From Eledone cirrhosa (lineage: Eukaryota), in assembly GCA_964016885.1 (NCBI GenBank), contig CAXHJY010000159.1:140936-204935 (forward strand): a stretch of 64,000 nucleotides of DNA. The letters run 5' to 3'. The stretch's first letter is position 1. Every line of letters begins with the position of its first letter. Of this stretch, positions 25,745 to 36,632 are shown one piece after another. The notes under the pieces are model-generated. The model ran no database searches. It had not been told where the DNA came from and saw only the letters and a program-made list of their open reading frames with translations. A program made the position numbers and the translations under genes.

Positions 25745-27480
25745 ACACACACACACACAGATCAGGGCTTTCCTGGTGATTTCCTCCAAATGAAACAGTT
25801 CTAGTCCTGTAGAAGCCATTTCTATATTAAATATTTATACTCTGCTATTCGGGTAGGACCCCACAATGAGGGGTCTTATCGGAATGCCTTGCTAAAGAAT
25901 CTCCCTGTACCTCTTGTTGTATCTGGGCACACTGAGAAGACTGCAGAATCTGCTACCCATGAAGTAATTGCCATTGGGGTACCAGAGGACAAGGCTGATC
26001 TTCAGGCATTTGCTGCCAGCTCAGCCAAAGACCTAGGCTGTGTTCCCCCAAAGGGTGCTCTCCGCCTTGGTCGACCTGGTCCAAAACCCAGACTCATCAG
26101 GCTGTCTTTTTTGGACCCCGCTGAGGCAATTTCATATCATCTGGGCTCTGTTAAAGCTGGGCGTGAAAATCGGATTACCTTCCGAACACACCCAGGCCTA
26201 CCACCCAATGTACGTCCAAAGCTACGTGCTGTAGCTTCCTTGAATCGGAACTCAGCACAACATGAAAGTTTTAGTCTGCGTGATGATGGGCAGATCTGGA
26301 GGTTTGTTAAGGCTGGTGAAACGTGGAAGAGAAATACCAGCTGGTCTGAGTGTGCTCTACCCACAATAACTGGCAATGAAAACACTGCAACAACTCTGGG
26401 AAACTAAACCAGAACAACCTGCCATCCTCTACACACCATCATAAACTGCTTGTGGCATATATTAATGACATAGATGTCAACTTAAAGAATGCCACGGTAC
26501 TGAAATATGCAGATGACATCAAGCTGTACCTTGAAATCAAAAGGACTGATCCTGAAATCTACAACTCTTTCCTACAATCAGAGCTGGACACAATGCAGCA
26601 ATGGATCACAGATTGGCAACTGAGGCTGGCTGTGGACAAGTGTACCACCATGCATTTTGGGAGGAAAACCCAGCATCCACATACTCCCTCCACAACACTG
26701 ATATCAAGAAGTCCTATTGTGAACGTGACCTGGGCATTACTGTCAGCAGCGATTTGCGTTGGACAAAGCATGTCTCTAAGATTGTCAAGAAGGCTGAGGG
26801 TGTCTTGGCATCACTCAGCAAGACCTTTGTTAGCCACTCTCCAGCCATCTAATTAAAGTGGTATACAGCTATGGTACAACCACACTTGGAATTCGCATCA
26901 TCAGTCTGGAACCCCTATCTTGCTCAGAACATTGACCTCCTGGAAACTGTTCAGAGACGTGCAACCAAGTGCATACCCTCCATCAGACACCTACCATACT
27001 CTGAACGCCTTGCTTCCCTGGGCATGGATTCATTGAAGCTCCGACGTCTGGCAATGGACTTGGTAAACACCCACAAAGTTATTAACCATCTCGCCAACAA
27101 CAACCCTGAGCACCTTTTTGATCTCCATGTGTCTATCTAACACACGTGGACATGCCTACAAAATCAGAAAACAGCACAGCTCCCATGACTTTCGGAAACA
27201 TTTTTTCATGCTTCGAGTTGCTGAAGCATGGAATAAACTGCCTGCATCAGTTGTTAGCTGCCGAGACACTGCATCCTTTAAAACCCTCATGCTTCCCGAA
27301 ATTTGACAAAACTACACCTGATGTACCCCTTCCATACACATGTGTATATCATGACTCATGCACTGTTCATTTTCCTGACGTTTGTACATTACCCTATGTA
27401 CTATACATACACTTTTTGATGAGTTGTAGTGCACCTGAGCACTGTACACAATATTTTCATTATCATATTATCATGATTAC
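25585..27480 (+). mobile_element. CR1/L2-clade LINE, internally deleted (ORF1 remnant, ORF2 C-terminal RT/thumb, 3'UTR)
   Basis: YINDID...LKYADDIKLY, ERDLGITVSSDL, QPHLEFASSVWNPY, TRGHAYKI...WNKLP with frameshifts and stops. ORF 25889..26407 is ORF1-like. 3' hairpin agtgc-acctga-gcact followed by an ATT-rich tail. Confidence 0.92.
25656..25848 (+). repeat. Direct duplicate of 23593-23769
   Basis: Identical apart from CA-repeat length (22 versus 14 units). Confidence 0.95.
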
Positions 27481-27867
27481 ATATCGAGGGCTCTTTCTTT
27501 AGTGATTACAGCCATACATTCAGGCAACTATATCATCATTGTCATCGTCATCATTTTAACGCCTACTTTCCCTGCTAGCAAGAGTTGGATGGGTCAATAC
27601 AGACCAAGACAGTACTGAAATGGGGCCACAGATCTCCCAGGCAGGCCAGGGATCTGAGTCTCACTTATGTACAGTCACATGTTCCCCCAAACGCTCAGGA
27701 GAGGTTGTCATGTCTTTGACATATATATATATATATATCAGTGGCAAAGGGTAACCTGGAAAGCAGAGCATGCAGTCCAATCGCCATGGCAGAAAGTGGG
27801 GTTGTACAGCCTTACCCCCCAATTCCCTCTAAATGACCCTCCCGGTCAAAGCCGCATGTAGTGTTAT

Positions 27868-27905
<38 letters not shown>

Positions 27906-28002
27906 CTTTTTATGTGTCTACGATTTAGCAAGCAGCCAAAATTCTGCTTGCTTCAACCGACGCAATTGATTCTATAACACATGCATGCACCCATCGCCCC
28001 TG

Positions 28003-28058
<56 letters not shown>

Positions 28059-28061
<3 letters not shown>

Positions 28062-28581
28062 CATCATCATCATCATCATCGTTTAACATCCATCTTCCAC
28101 GCTTGCATGGGTTTGGACGGGAGTTTTCCCACTTGAGGCAAGAGTGGTTGTCTCGCTCGCATAGGACTGTCTGGCGGGTTTTCTACAGCTGGATGCCCTT
28201 CCTAACACCAACCACGTTTACAGTGTGGGGCTGGGAGGTTTTTACCGTGTTGCCTACACGGCCATATTACAGCGTGGACTGTCTGGCGGGTTTTCTACAG
28301 CTGGATGCCCTTCCTAACACCAACCACGTTTACAGTGTGGACTGGGAGGTTTTTGCCGTGTTACCTACACGGCCACATTACAGCGTGGACTGTCTTTTTT
28401 TTTTTGTCGTGACACCTACACGACCTCATTTGTTTCGGACTGGATGTTGTGGTACCAACATAACTTTACATTGAAAGGGGTGGTGTGGATGGGGTGGGGG
28501 TAGTGGGACGGGGGTGTATTTTGTTAGAGGTGCCTACTGACTGTAGTAGGTTTCACTTTGTACTTAGGTAAGGCGGGTCTT
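28059..28581 (-). mobile_element. 5'-truncated RTE family B (3'UTR only) with internal ~110 bp duplication
   Basis: Highly similar to 63111-63500. The ggactgtctggcggg...cattacagcgt block occurs twice. Confidence 0.88.
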
Positions 28582-28592
28582 ATATATATATA

Positions 28593-28795
28593 AGTTTATC
28601 CCAGGTTCAATCGGGGGTAACCACAGTAAGTAAGGTATTCAATACATAGCAGAGTATATATATTTAATATAGAAATGGCTTCTACAGGACTAGAACTGTT
28701 TTATTTGTGAGAAATCATCAGGAAGCGCTTCCTGATGCTTTCTACCGAATTAAATAGTTCTAGTCCTGTAGAAGCCTTTCTATATTAAATATATA
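28593..28795. mobile_element. Penelope-like fold-back, palindromic about catcaggaagc|gcttcctgatg (28726/28727)
   Basis: Arms of about 70 bp with no loop and degenerate CTGATGA..GAAAC cores. Same family as 23690-23822 in the opposite orientation. TA-flanked. Confidence 0.7.
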
Positions 28796-29334
28796 TATAT
28801 ATATATATATATAAAGAGAGAGAGAGAAAGAGAGAAAGAGAGATACACACACATATTATATATACATACTATCTGCAACATGGAAAACTCAGGGAGCTTC
28901 ATTGGCTCTGATTTGTAATCAAATTCGATATACCATCATGAAAATTCAAATTGCTACAAATTTTGTGCAAATATTTAATTTAAAAAATTTATATTATTGT
29001 TTGTACAAATCAATTTTGATTTTAAATAAATTTAATTTAGAATTTAACTGTGATAATTAGAGCAATTGTTTTTAAAATTTATGTTGGTGATTATGTTAAT
29101 AATTGTAAAGTTAATGAATTTAATCTCTAAATTCATATTCTTTAGGCAAAGCTGTAAAATCAAATTGGCTTTCAATTATATTTATGGCTACACACAATTT
29201 TTATACATAAAGTGATACATAAAATGTAAGCCTAATATATGTAATCATAATGTTAATAAAATCAACATAATTTCAATGTAGTTCTTAGAAATGTTTTACT
29301 TCAAATTCTATAGTTCCCTTATTAAGGTTTCCCT

Positions 29335-29814
29335 TTAACCCTTTAGCATTTACATTACTCTATATTTACTACTGTATTTTCACAGTGAAGGCTTTACCTC
29401 ACATAATTATTGCATATAATATCGAATCTATGAGATTTTGATATTATTTATTATTGTCTTATAAAAGGAAGGACACATTGATAGAAAGAAGTCCAAGACA
29501 CTCATAGGCGGTGGATTGGCAGAATCGGTAGAGCATTGGACACCATGCTTTGTAGCATAGAGTTATAGCCCTTTACGGTCTGAGTTCAAATCCCACCAAG
29601 GTTAACTTTGCCTTTCATCCTTATGGAGTAGATAAAATAAAGTACCAGTAATGTACTGGGGTAATTGCTGGCCTTGTGCCAAAAGTAGAAACAATTATTT
29701 ATTTTGAGAACAATACCTTAACATCAGTATGAGTGGCCAATTACAGCCAGTTTGAACAGAAAGAGGTGAGAAAATTCTGGCCAGATACAGCTGGTTTAAA
29801 TGCTAATGGGTTAA
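29335..29814. mobile_element. MITE A (forward) with a full-length SINE insertion (29506-29693)
   Basis: TTAA ends. attatttatt is duplicated around the insertion. Confidence 0.88.
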
Positions 29815-30186
29815 TCACATAAAATCATCACTATCAACATCATCATTTATGCTGGCGTGGTTAGGGAAGGTTTTTCTGTGAAATTACTGCTTTCATATTC
29901 AAGACAGAGGACCACATCATGCTTGTACATTCCATTTCTATGGCTGGTTGGCATCCTTAATGCTAAGCACTTTACTGAATGTACTGGATGCATTTCGTCA
30001 TGGTGGCACAACTAGAGAGGTTACCTTGTCTTGTACGAACCAAATCTTTTTGGCTCTCCTACACACCTCAGTGGTAGATGACCAGTCATCTGGCAGCCTT
30101 TATGAAATTTGTTTTGCAAATGGTTGTCACTTACATCACAAAACTCCAGACACTTTCATATATTTTATTTCTTGTACTATGTGTAT

Positions 30187-30591
30187 TGAGGAAGGAAGGG
30201 GTGATGACGCCACACACTATAGATAACTGAGGAAGGAGGGTGATGCCGTCACACACTAGAGATGATTGAGGAAGGAAGGGGTTATGACGTCATGCACTAG
30301 AGATGATTGAGGAAGGAAGGGGTGATGACATCACATACTAGAGATGATTGAGGAAGGAAGGGGCGATGATGTCATGCACTAGAGATAATTGAGGAAGGAA
30401 GGGGTATGACGTCACACACTTGAGAGGATTGAGGAAGGAAGGGGTGATGACATCACATAGTAAAGATAACTGAGGAAGGAAGGGGTGATGACATCACACA
30501 CTAGAGATGATTGAGGAAGGCAGGGGTGATGACGTCACACACTATAGATAACTGAGGAAGGAAGGGGTGATGACGTCACATACCAAAGATG
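30187..30591. repeat. 41 bp minisatellite, 10 units of TGAGGAAGGAAGGGGTGATGACGTCACACACTAGAGATGAT
   Basis: Units start at 30187, 30228, 30267, 30308, 30349, 30390, 30430, 30471, 30512 and 30553. Confidence 0.97.
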
Positions 30592-31288
30592 GTATAGCCT
30601 TGACAGACACAAATGTGCCTGTATTAGTTTCCTAATATAACCATTGAAGTTGAAAACATGTGTTACAATATCTAGCACTGGTCCTTTAATTTTCATATTA
30701 CTTATGAGGCAAAAGCAAAACTTATGGATGTTATCAGAGTCACAATTATAAATCTGAGTATAATTATTCTATCCCTTATTTTACCTATCTCGGTTATTCT
30801 GTTTACCCACATCATCTATATCTAAATGTGTGTGTGTACGCATACGAAAGTGTGTGCATGTGTATGCATAAGAGTGTGTGTGTTTGTGTAAGAGTGTGTG
30901 TGTGTGTGTGCTTGTGTGTTTGTGTTTGTGTTTGTGTGCGTGTGCATGTGTGTGTGTGTGTGCTTGTGTGTGTGCTTGTGTGTGTGTGTGTGTGTGCTGT
31001 AAAGTTTAAAATTCCAACTTCAAATCCCACTGGGTGTAGCTTCAAACAGATTGTATTCCCTATATTTAATGTCTCATATTTAAACTTGCATAAGCATCAT
31101 TCGGCACATCGTTTGTTTTGTGTAGTGCTACTTGAGGTGTTGACATTATAATTGATATCCTATTGTTTGATTATATTTCTCTAGAGGCCTGAAAATACTA
31201 AGTATTTATTAGCATTTGTCATCATTATAAATAACACAAAAGTAAGTAAAAGGCAGAAGTAGAAAGTGTCATACTAAAGACCGTAATA

Positions 31289-31517
31289 TTAACCCTTTAG
31301 CATTTAAATCAGCTGTATCCAGCCAGAATTCTCTCACCTCTTTCTGTACAAACCAACCATAACCAGCTGTTCATACTGGCGTTAAGGTATTGTTCTTAAA
31401 ATAAATAATATCAAAATCTCATAGATTTGATATTATGTAAGATAATTATGTGAGATAAAGTGTTTACCGTGAAAATACAATAGTAAATATACAGTAATGT
31501 AAATTCTAAGGGGTTAA
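31289..31517. mobile_element. MITE family A, reverse
   Basis: TTAA ends, TIRs, shared body. Confidence 0.9.
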
Positions 31518-31894
31518 AGCACCAGAAAAAATGTTTTGCAATATATATTTTGGCTTTTTGCATTCTGAATTCAAATGCCACCAAATTCAACTTTGCTTTT
31601 CATCCTTCCAGCCTCAGTAAATAAAGTACTAGCAGAATCATTAGAACATTGCAGTATCTGTTCTGGCTTTGTGATCTATTTGGGTTATATATTTAATCCA
31701 TGATTTTAGCAAAGTCCAATCTGCTGCAAGCAATAAAAAAACAGTTCCAGGTTTGAGGATTCCTTCTTCTCTCCCACCAGTCTTGGAAGACCTGAAAAGG
31801 GTCATGGACACTTCCCTTTCTCTTGATTATGTGATAAAATAACATGTGGGTCCTAATACTAATGTGAGAAATCAATATTAATGATACAACAATG

Positions 31895-32052
31895 GGTGGT
31901 GGATTGGCAGTATTGGTAGAGGGTCTGACGCCATGCTTTGCATAGAGTTATGGCCTTTTACAGTTAACTTTGCCTTTCATTCTTACAGATAAAATAAAGT
32001 ACCAGTAATGCACTGGGATAATTGCTGGCCTTGTGCCAAAAGTAGAAACAAT
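31895..32052 (+). mobile_element. tRNA-derived SINE, internally deleted
   Basis: Head ggtggattggcagtattggtagag, B box missing, tail agtagaaacaatt. Confidence 0.85.
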
Positions 32053-32901
32053 TATTATTGATACAACTATGATTACGTTTCTTTTCTAAAATACTGAATT
32101 AGAACTATAAGAGTGCTGTATTTTGCTTGAAGCATTGAAGAATATGTAGAAAACAGTTTTTATAGATGGCCATAGCAAAGGAGATCGTATATTGAATATA
32201 AAAATTAACAGTAGCAAACATAGTGAAATGTTACCATAGAAATATTTAATTAGTCCTGATATATTTCTGGGAAATCACCCCTTTTTGAGGGTGTAAAGAT
32301 ATATTATTCTATATACAATAATCATATCACTCTCATTATCTTTTAACAACTTTCAGAAGGATATTTACCCCCAAATATATCAGGGCAAAAAAAAAACAGT
32401 TTTATAAAATTAGAGAATGTATGAATTATGGTTCTTTACTCTTCCTTTTTTCCTAATTAATATTCTGTCATATTGTCATTGAAATTTCTTAAAATTCAAT
32501 GCATGATCAAGATTGTATTGTACATACATAGTCCAGTGTAATATACATTTCTGTTTGAGTACTTTAGCATTACATTAATGGCATAAAACAGTTTTTTTTA
32601 TATTCTTCCACATTTATATGTGTTTTTTTTATCTTTATAGTACTAAATTATGCTTAGGGAATATTTACTATTGAATATGATAGAGAGAGAAAGAGAAAAA
32701 GAAAGAAATGTAAAGAAAAGAGAAAGAGAAAATAGAAATAGCAAGAAAAGGGAAAAGAGAAGATAGAGTGAAGAAAGAAAGAAGAATCAGCTATAGACAA
32801 AATAACAAAGTTTATTCATGTCAGCTAATTTCTGGTACTACAAACATCTTGTCTGCAGTGAATAGTAATATTGATTTCTGTGAACAGAAGTAATGTCTTA
32901 C

Positions 32902-32963
32902 CTGTTAAGGCAAGTCTCAAACATTTCACCTCCAACAGATTCATAGATTACGTCAATACCATT
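32902..32963 (-). CDS. PTGR3: PTGR3-like exon g: NGIDVIYESVGGEMFETCLN(S)
   Basis: Acceptor tttttag, donor cag|gtaaga, 62 nt, ends in phase 2. Matches GVDVVYESVGG.MF. Confidence 0.96.
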
Positions 32964-34109
32964 CTAAAAATTCAAGCAGAAATACTTTCAAATAATATCA
33001 AATACATCATCATCATTATCATAAACATCATCATCATCATTATCATAAACATCATTACCAATTTTGTTTTGCATTTTCACTAAAATCCTACGTTAGTTGA
33101 GCCTGCGTGATACCATCTTCTATTACTTAAGATTAACATATATCAGGATATCATGCAGTCTAAATAAAATTGAACCTTTGTCAAATTAAACTGAAGCAAG
33201 GAGAGTTATATGCCTTCCTGCAGGATACAACATAGCTGCAATTATTTTATCTAATGACATGTTAGGTTAACTGTCCAACACTTAATCATACAGTGTCAAT
33301 GCTATTATTGGAGACACAGCATGGTGAATGGTTAAGAAGTCTGGTTCCAGGTTCAATTCCATTGTGTGACCTTTTCAGAGTATGGCATTTACCACAGCCT
33401 TGAGTCAACCCAAGCCTTATGGGTGACACTGAGTGGGCCAAAACTGTTTAGAAGCCTGTCAGATAGACTGTACTTGTAATTCAAAGTGCCAGTCTTCTCA
33501 CAATGCATCCCTCTAAATCATCATCAACATCACAGTTTAGCGTCCATTTTTCCATGCTTGCATGGGTTAGATGGGTCATCCACATCGAGAGACAAGTCTG
33601 ACCAGAATTGACCATACAGTACCTAGCTCCAACAGGACTGTAAATTTGGAAGGGAATTTTACAGCTGGATGCCCTTCCTAATGCCAACCACATTCACAGT
33701 GTGGTACTCAATAAGAATCACATGAAAGGTACAGTTGTCTGTAGAATGATCAGCAACTTGCATGTTAATTTCAGGAGGCTGTTCCATTGATCAAACAAGT
33801 GGAACACTCATCCCTATTGCTGTATGTATTCAATATAAGTCACCCCCACTCCTATTTTATGTCTGAAAAATAGGCGAAAATCCAAACCCTGTTTATAAAC
33901 CAAGGCAACTAATCAACACATTGTTTAGATGATTTATATATGCTAACCTCTCATTTTACCATTGATTTTTTGGTCACATATTCTTCGGCTTACATTCAAG
34001 TATATAATACGGTATATCATTATCATAGTTTAAATTTATTTCCACCTTTTTTTTTATTCCACACCATCTCCATAATAGTGCATTTATTTTATTATTAATT
34101 TATCACCCC

Positions 34110-34500
34110 TGTTGTTAACAAAGAATTTCTTTCTCAGAGTAAAGGATAGATTGTATGATGCTTGTGTACAAAGTGCATGGCATACTCCACTGTATGTGTA
34201 ATGTTAATGTACATGAACAATAGAGTACAAATGAGTTGATAGAAAAACTGGTTATATGAGAAATCAGATGTGTGCAAGAGGAAATACTGTGCTTGGACAA
34301 GCATGTGATACCTATGGAGGATGTCAATTGTATAAAAAGAAAGTGTTGAGCACTCAACTTAGATGGAATCTGTAGAAGAGGGATACCTAGAAAGACAGGG
34401 GATAAAGTGATGATGACCAATCTCAAAATGCTGAACCTCATGAAGGAAATGACAAAGGTTTGTGATAATTGGTAACATGTAGTGCTGGAGAAGAACCCCT
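34110..34500 (+). mobile_element. Old RTE LINE 3' fragment
   Basis: Degenerate match to 37980-38410 (LLTK...RLYDACV...GRPRKTW). Confidence 0.75.
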
Positions 34501-34501
34501 C

Positions 34502-34533
<32 letters not shown>

Positions 34534-36632
34534 CACACACACACACATACACATACACTCATGCAAGCATGTGATGCATTATATATCTACATTTAGGTTT
34601 TCCTCCACCATCACCTTTCATCATTTTACTTCTCTTCCATCATGATATGTAATGAGGGATGATATCAGACCTGATTGTACTCAATACCTTCTTTACTGTG
34701 AGCCAACATCTTCTCTCCTCCATGTCATTCTTCACCAATTTCTCTTACCTTCAACTATTTCTATTGCAATCCTTGACTATTTTTTACCATCACTCATATT
34801 TATTGCTATCCTTTAACCCTTCACTCTCTTCTCACATCATTCCTTCTCCTAACAATTTTTATTGACAGAAATTACTCAAATCTTGTGGATACACACCATT
34901 CTTCCCTCTTTTCATTACTCCTCCTTTCACCACTCTGAATCTACCCAACATTATGTCTACTTTTACCACCCTCTCTCACCAGCATATAACTGTCTATTAC
35001 TTCCATTGCTCTTCTCCCTACCACCTTCTTGCTCCTATTACTCTGTCGTCTCTCCAATCACACTTATACTCTATCTTCTATTCACCTATCACAATGACAT
35101 CCTCTCTTCTATTCATCTTGGTTGCATTTACCATAAACAAATGGAGACAATATCGAGGAGTTGCACTCTTTAGTTGGGCAGGGGACAAGGCAACACCTTT
35201 AGTGCTGGTGCCATAATAAAATGCACCCAGTATACTTTGTAACATGATTGCCAAACGAACAGAGATAACATAGAATAGAGAAAACTTTTTAGTGTTATCA
35301 AGGACATGACAAACTCTCTAATGTTGATGCCTCAATAGAATATACCTTGTACAGTCTGTAAAGTAGTTGATGTTAGGAAAAGCATTCAGCCTTAGAAACC
35401 AAGCAAGACATGGTCTTCTGACCAGTCTAGAGAAGCAATAAATGTGAATAAGAACTGACTTGAACATGACAACCCATCCAATGCAGGCCAGCTTAGAAAA
35501 TAGACATAAAATGATGATGATAATAATATTGATTATTTTGCTTTGGATGTTAAAGCCAGTATCTAAAAATACTGTAAATCACTGATAGCTTTCATCTGAT
35601 TGTTCTTTTGTTCCTTTTTTTATCTATCAAAGTGAAATTGAAGAAAAACTCAACTTCAAAACTTTTACATCTTTAATTAAATGTATGAACATCACCATCA
35701 TCGTTATTTTATGTCCACTTTCCATGTTGGCATACATGGGCTGGGTTGTCACGGTCTGAGTCAGTTCATATTTGAAGTTACTGCTGTCCTAAAAAGAGAA
35801 CATTCTTCCTAACACCAACTAGATTACTAAGTGTACTGGGTATATTTTATCATAGCACCAGTACTAGAAAGCTTGTTATGTCCTCAATGGGGTTACGGGT
35901 TCTTTAGATTATGTTATCTTTACTAATTTGCCAACCATTTACAGTATGCTGAATTCATTTTATTGTATTGTGGCATAAGCACTTATTTGAAGGTAACTAA
36001 GAAGGTGACTAGAAAAGAGAGAAATGAGAAAATAGTTATGGTTCATGGAAGAAGGAAGTGAGAGTGTGATGGGAGTAATTAAAGAAAGACAGTGCAGTGG
36101 GGAGCAATGTGAAAGAGAGAAAGTAGCAACAAGAAATGGAGGAATGGGAAGTGGTAATAGTAGAGATTAAGGGAAGTAAGACATTGATGACAGCTACATA
36201 CTTGCTAGTAAGAGAGAACAGGTGATAGATAGTAATAAAGATGGGCAAATACAAGAAAGAGTGATGGGTATCAATATCTAGTAGTCTGGAGGAAGAGGGA
36301 GTGGTGACAGGCAACACAGAGAAGATGATGGTAAAGTGTATTAGGTACAAACAGATTTGATACAATCCCCCATATGTAGATAAGAGTAGCATGGTGCAAT
36401 GAACAGGAGTGTGTGTGTGTTAGACAGATGACAAGATCAAACAAATTTAATAACATCTCTAGTTATATAGACAGCAAAGTACAGTAAGTATGAGAAAGTG
36501 TGAGAGATAAAAAAAAATGAGAGGGTGGAAGGAGCATTTGGATTTTGAGCAAGAAACCAAAATATAAATATATTATACTTCCCAGGTTCCATTACTACCA
36601 CCATGTTAACATTTGTTTTGCCATGATTGTAT

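Noticed and set aside
25889-26407. Novel 172 aa host gene
   Set aside because: It lies directly upstream of CR1 ORF2 remnants on the same strand and has a LINE ORF1-like character.
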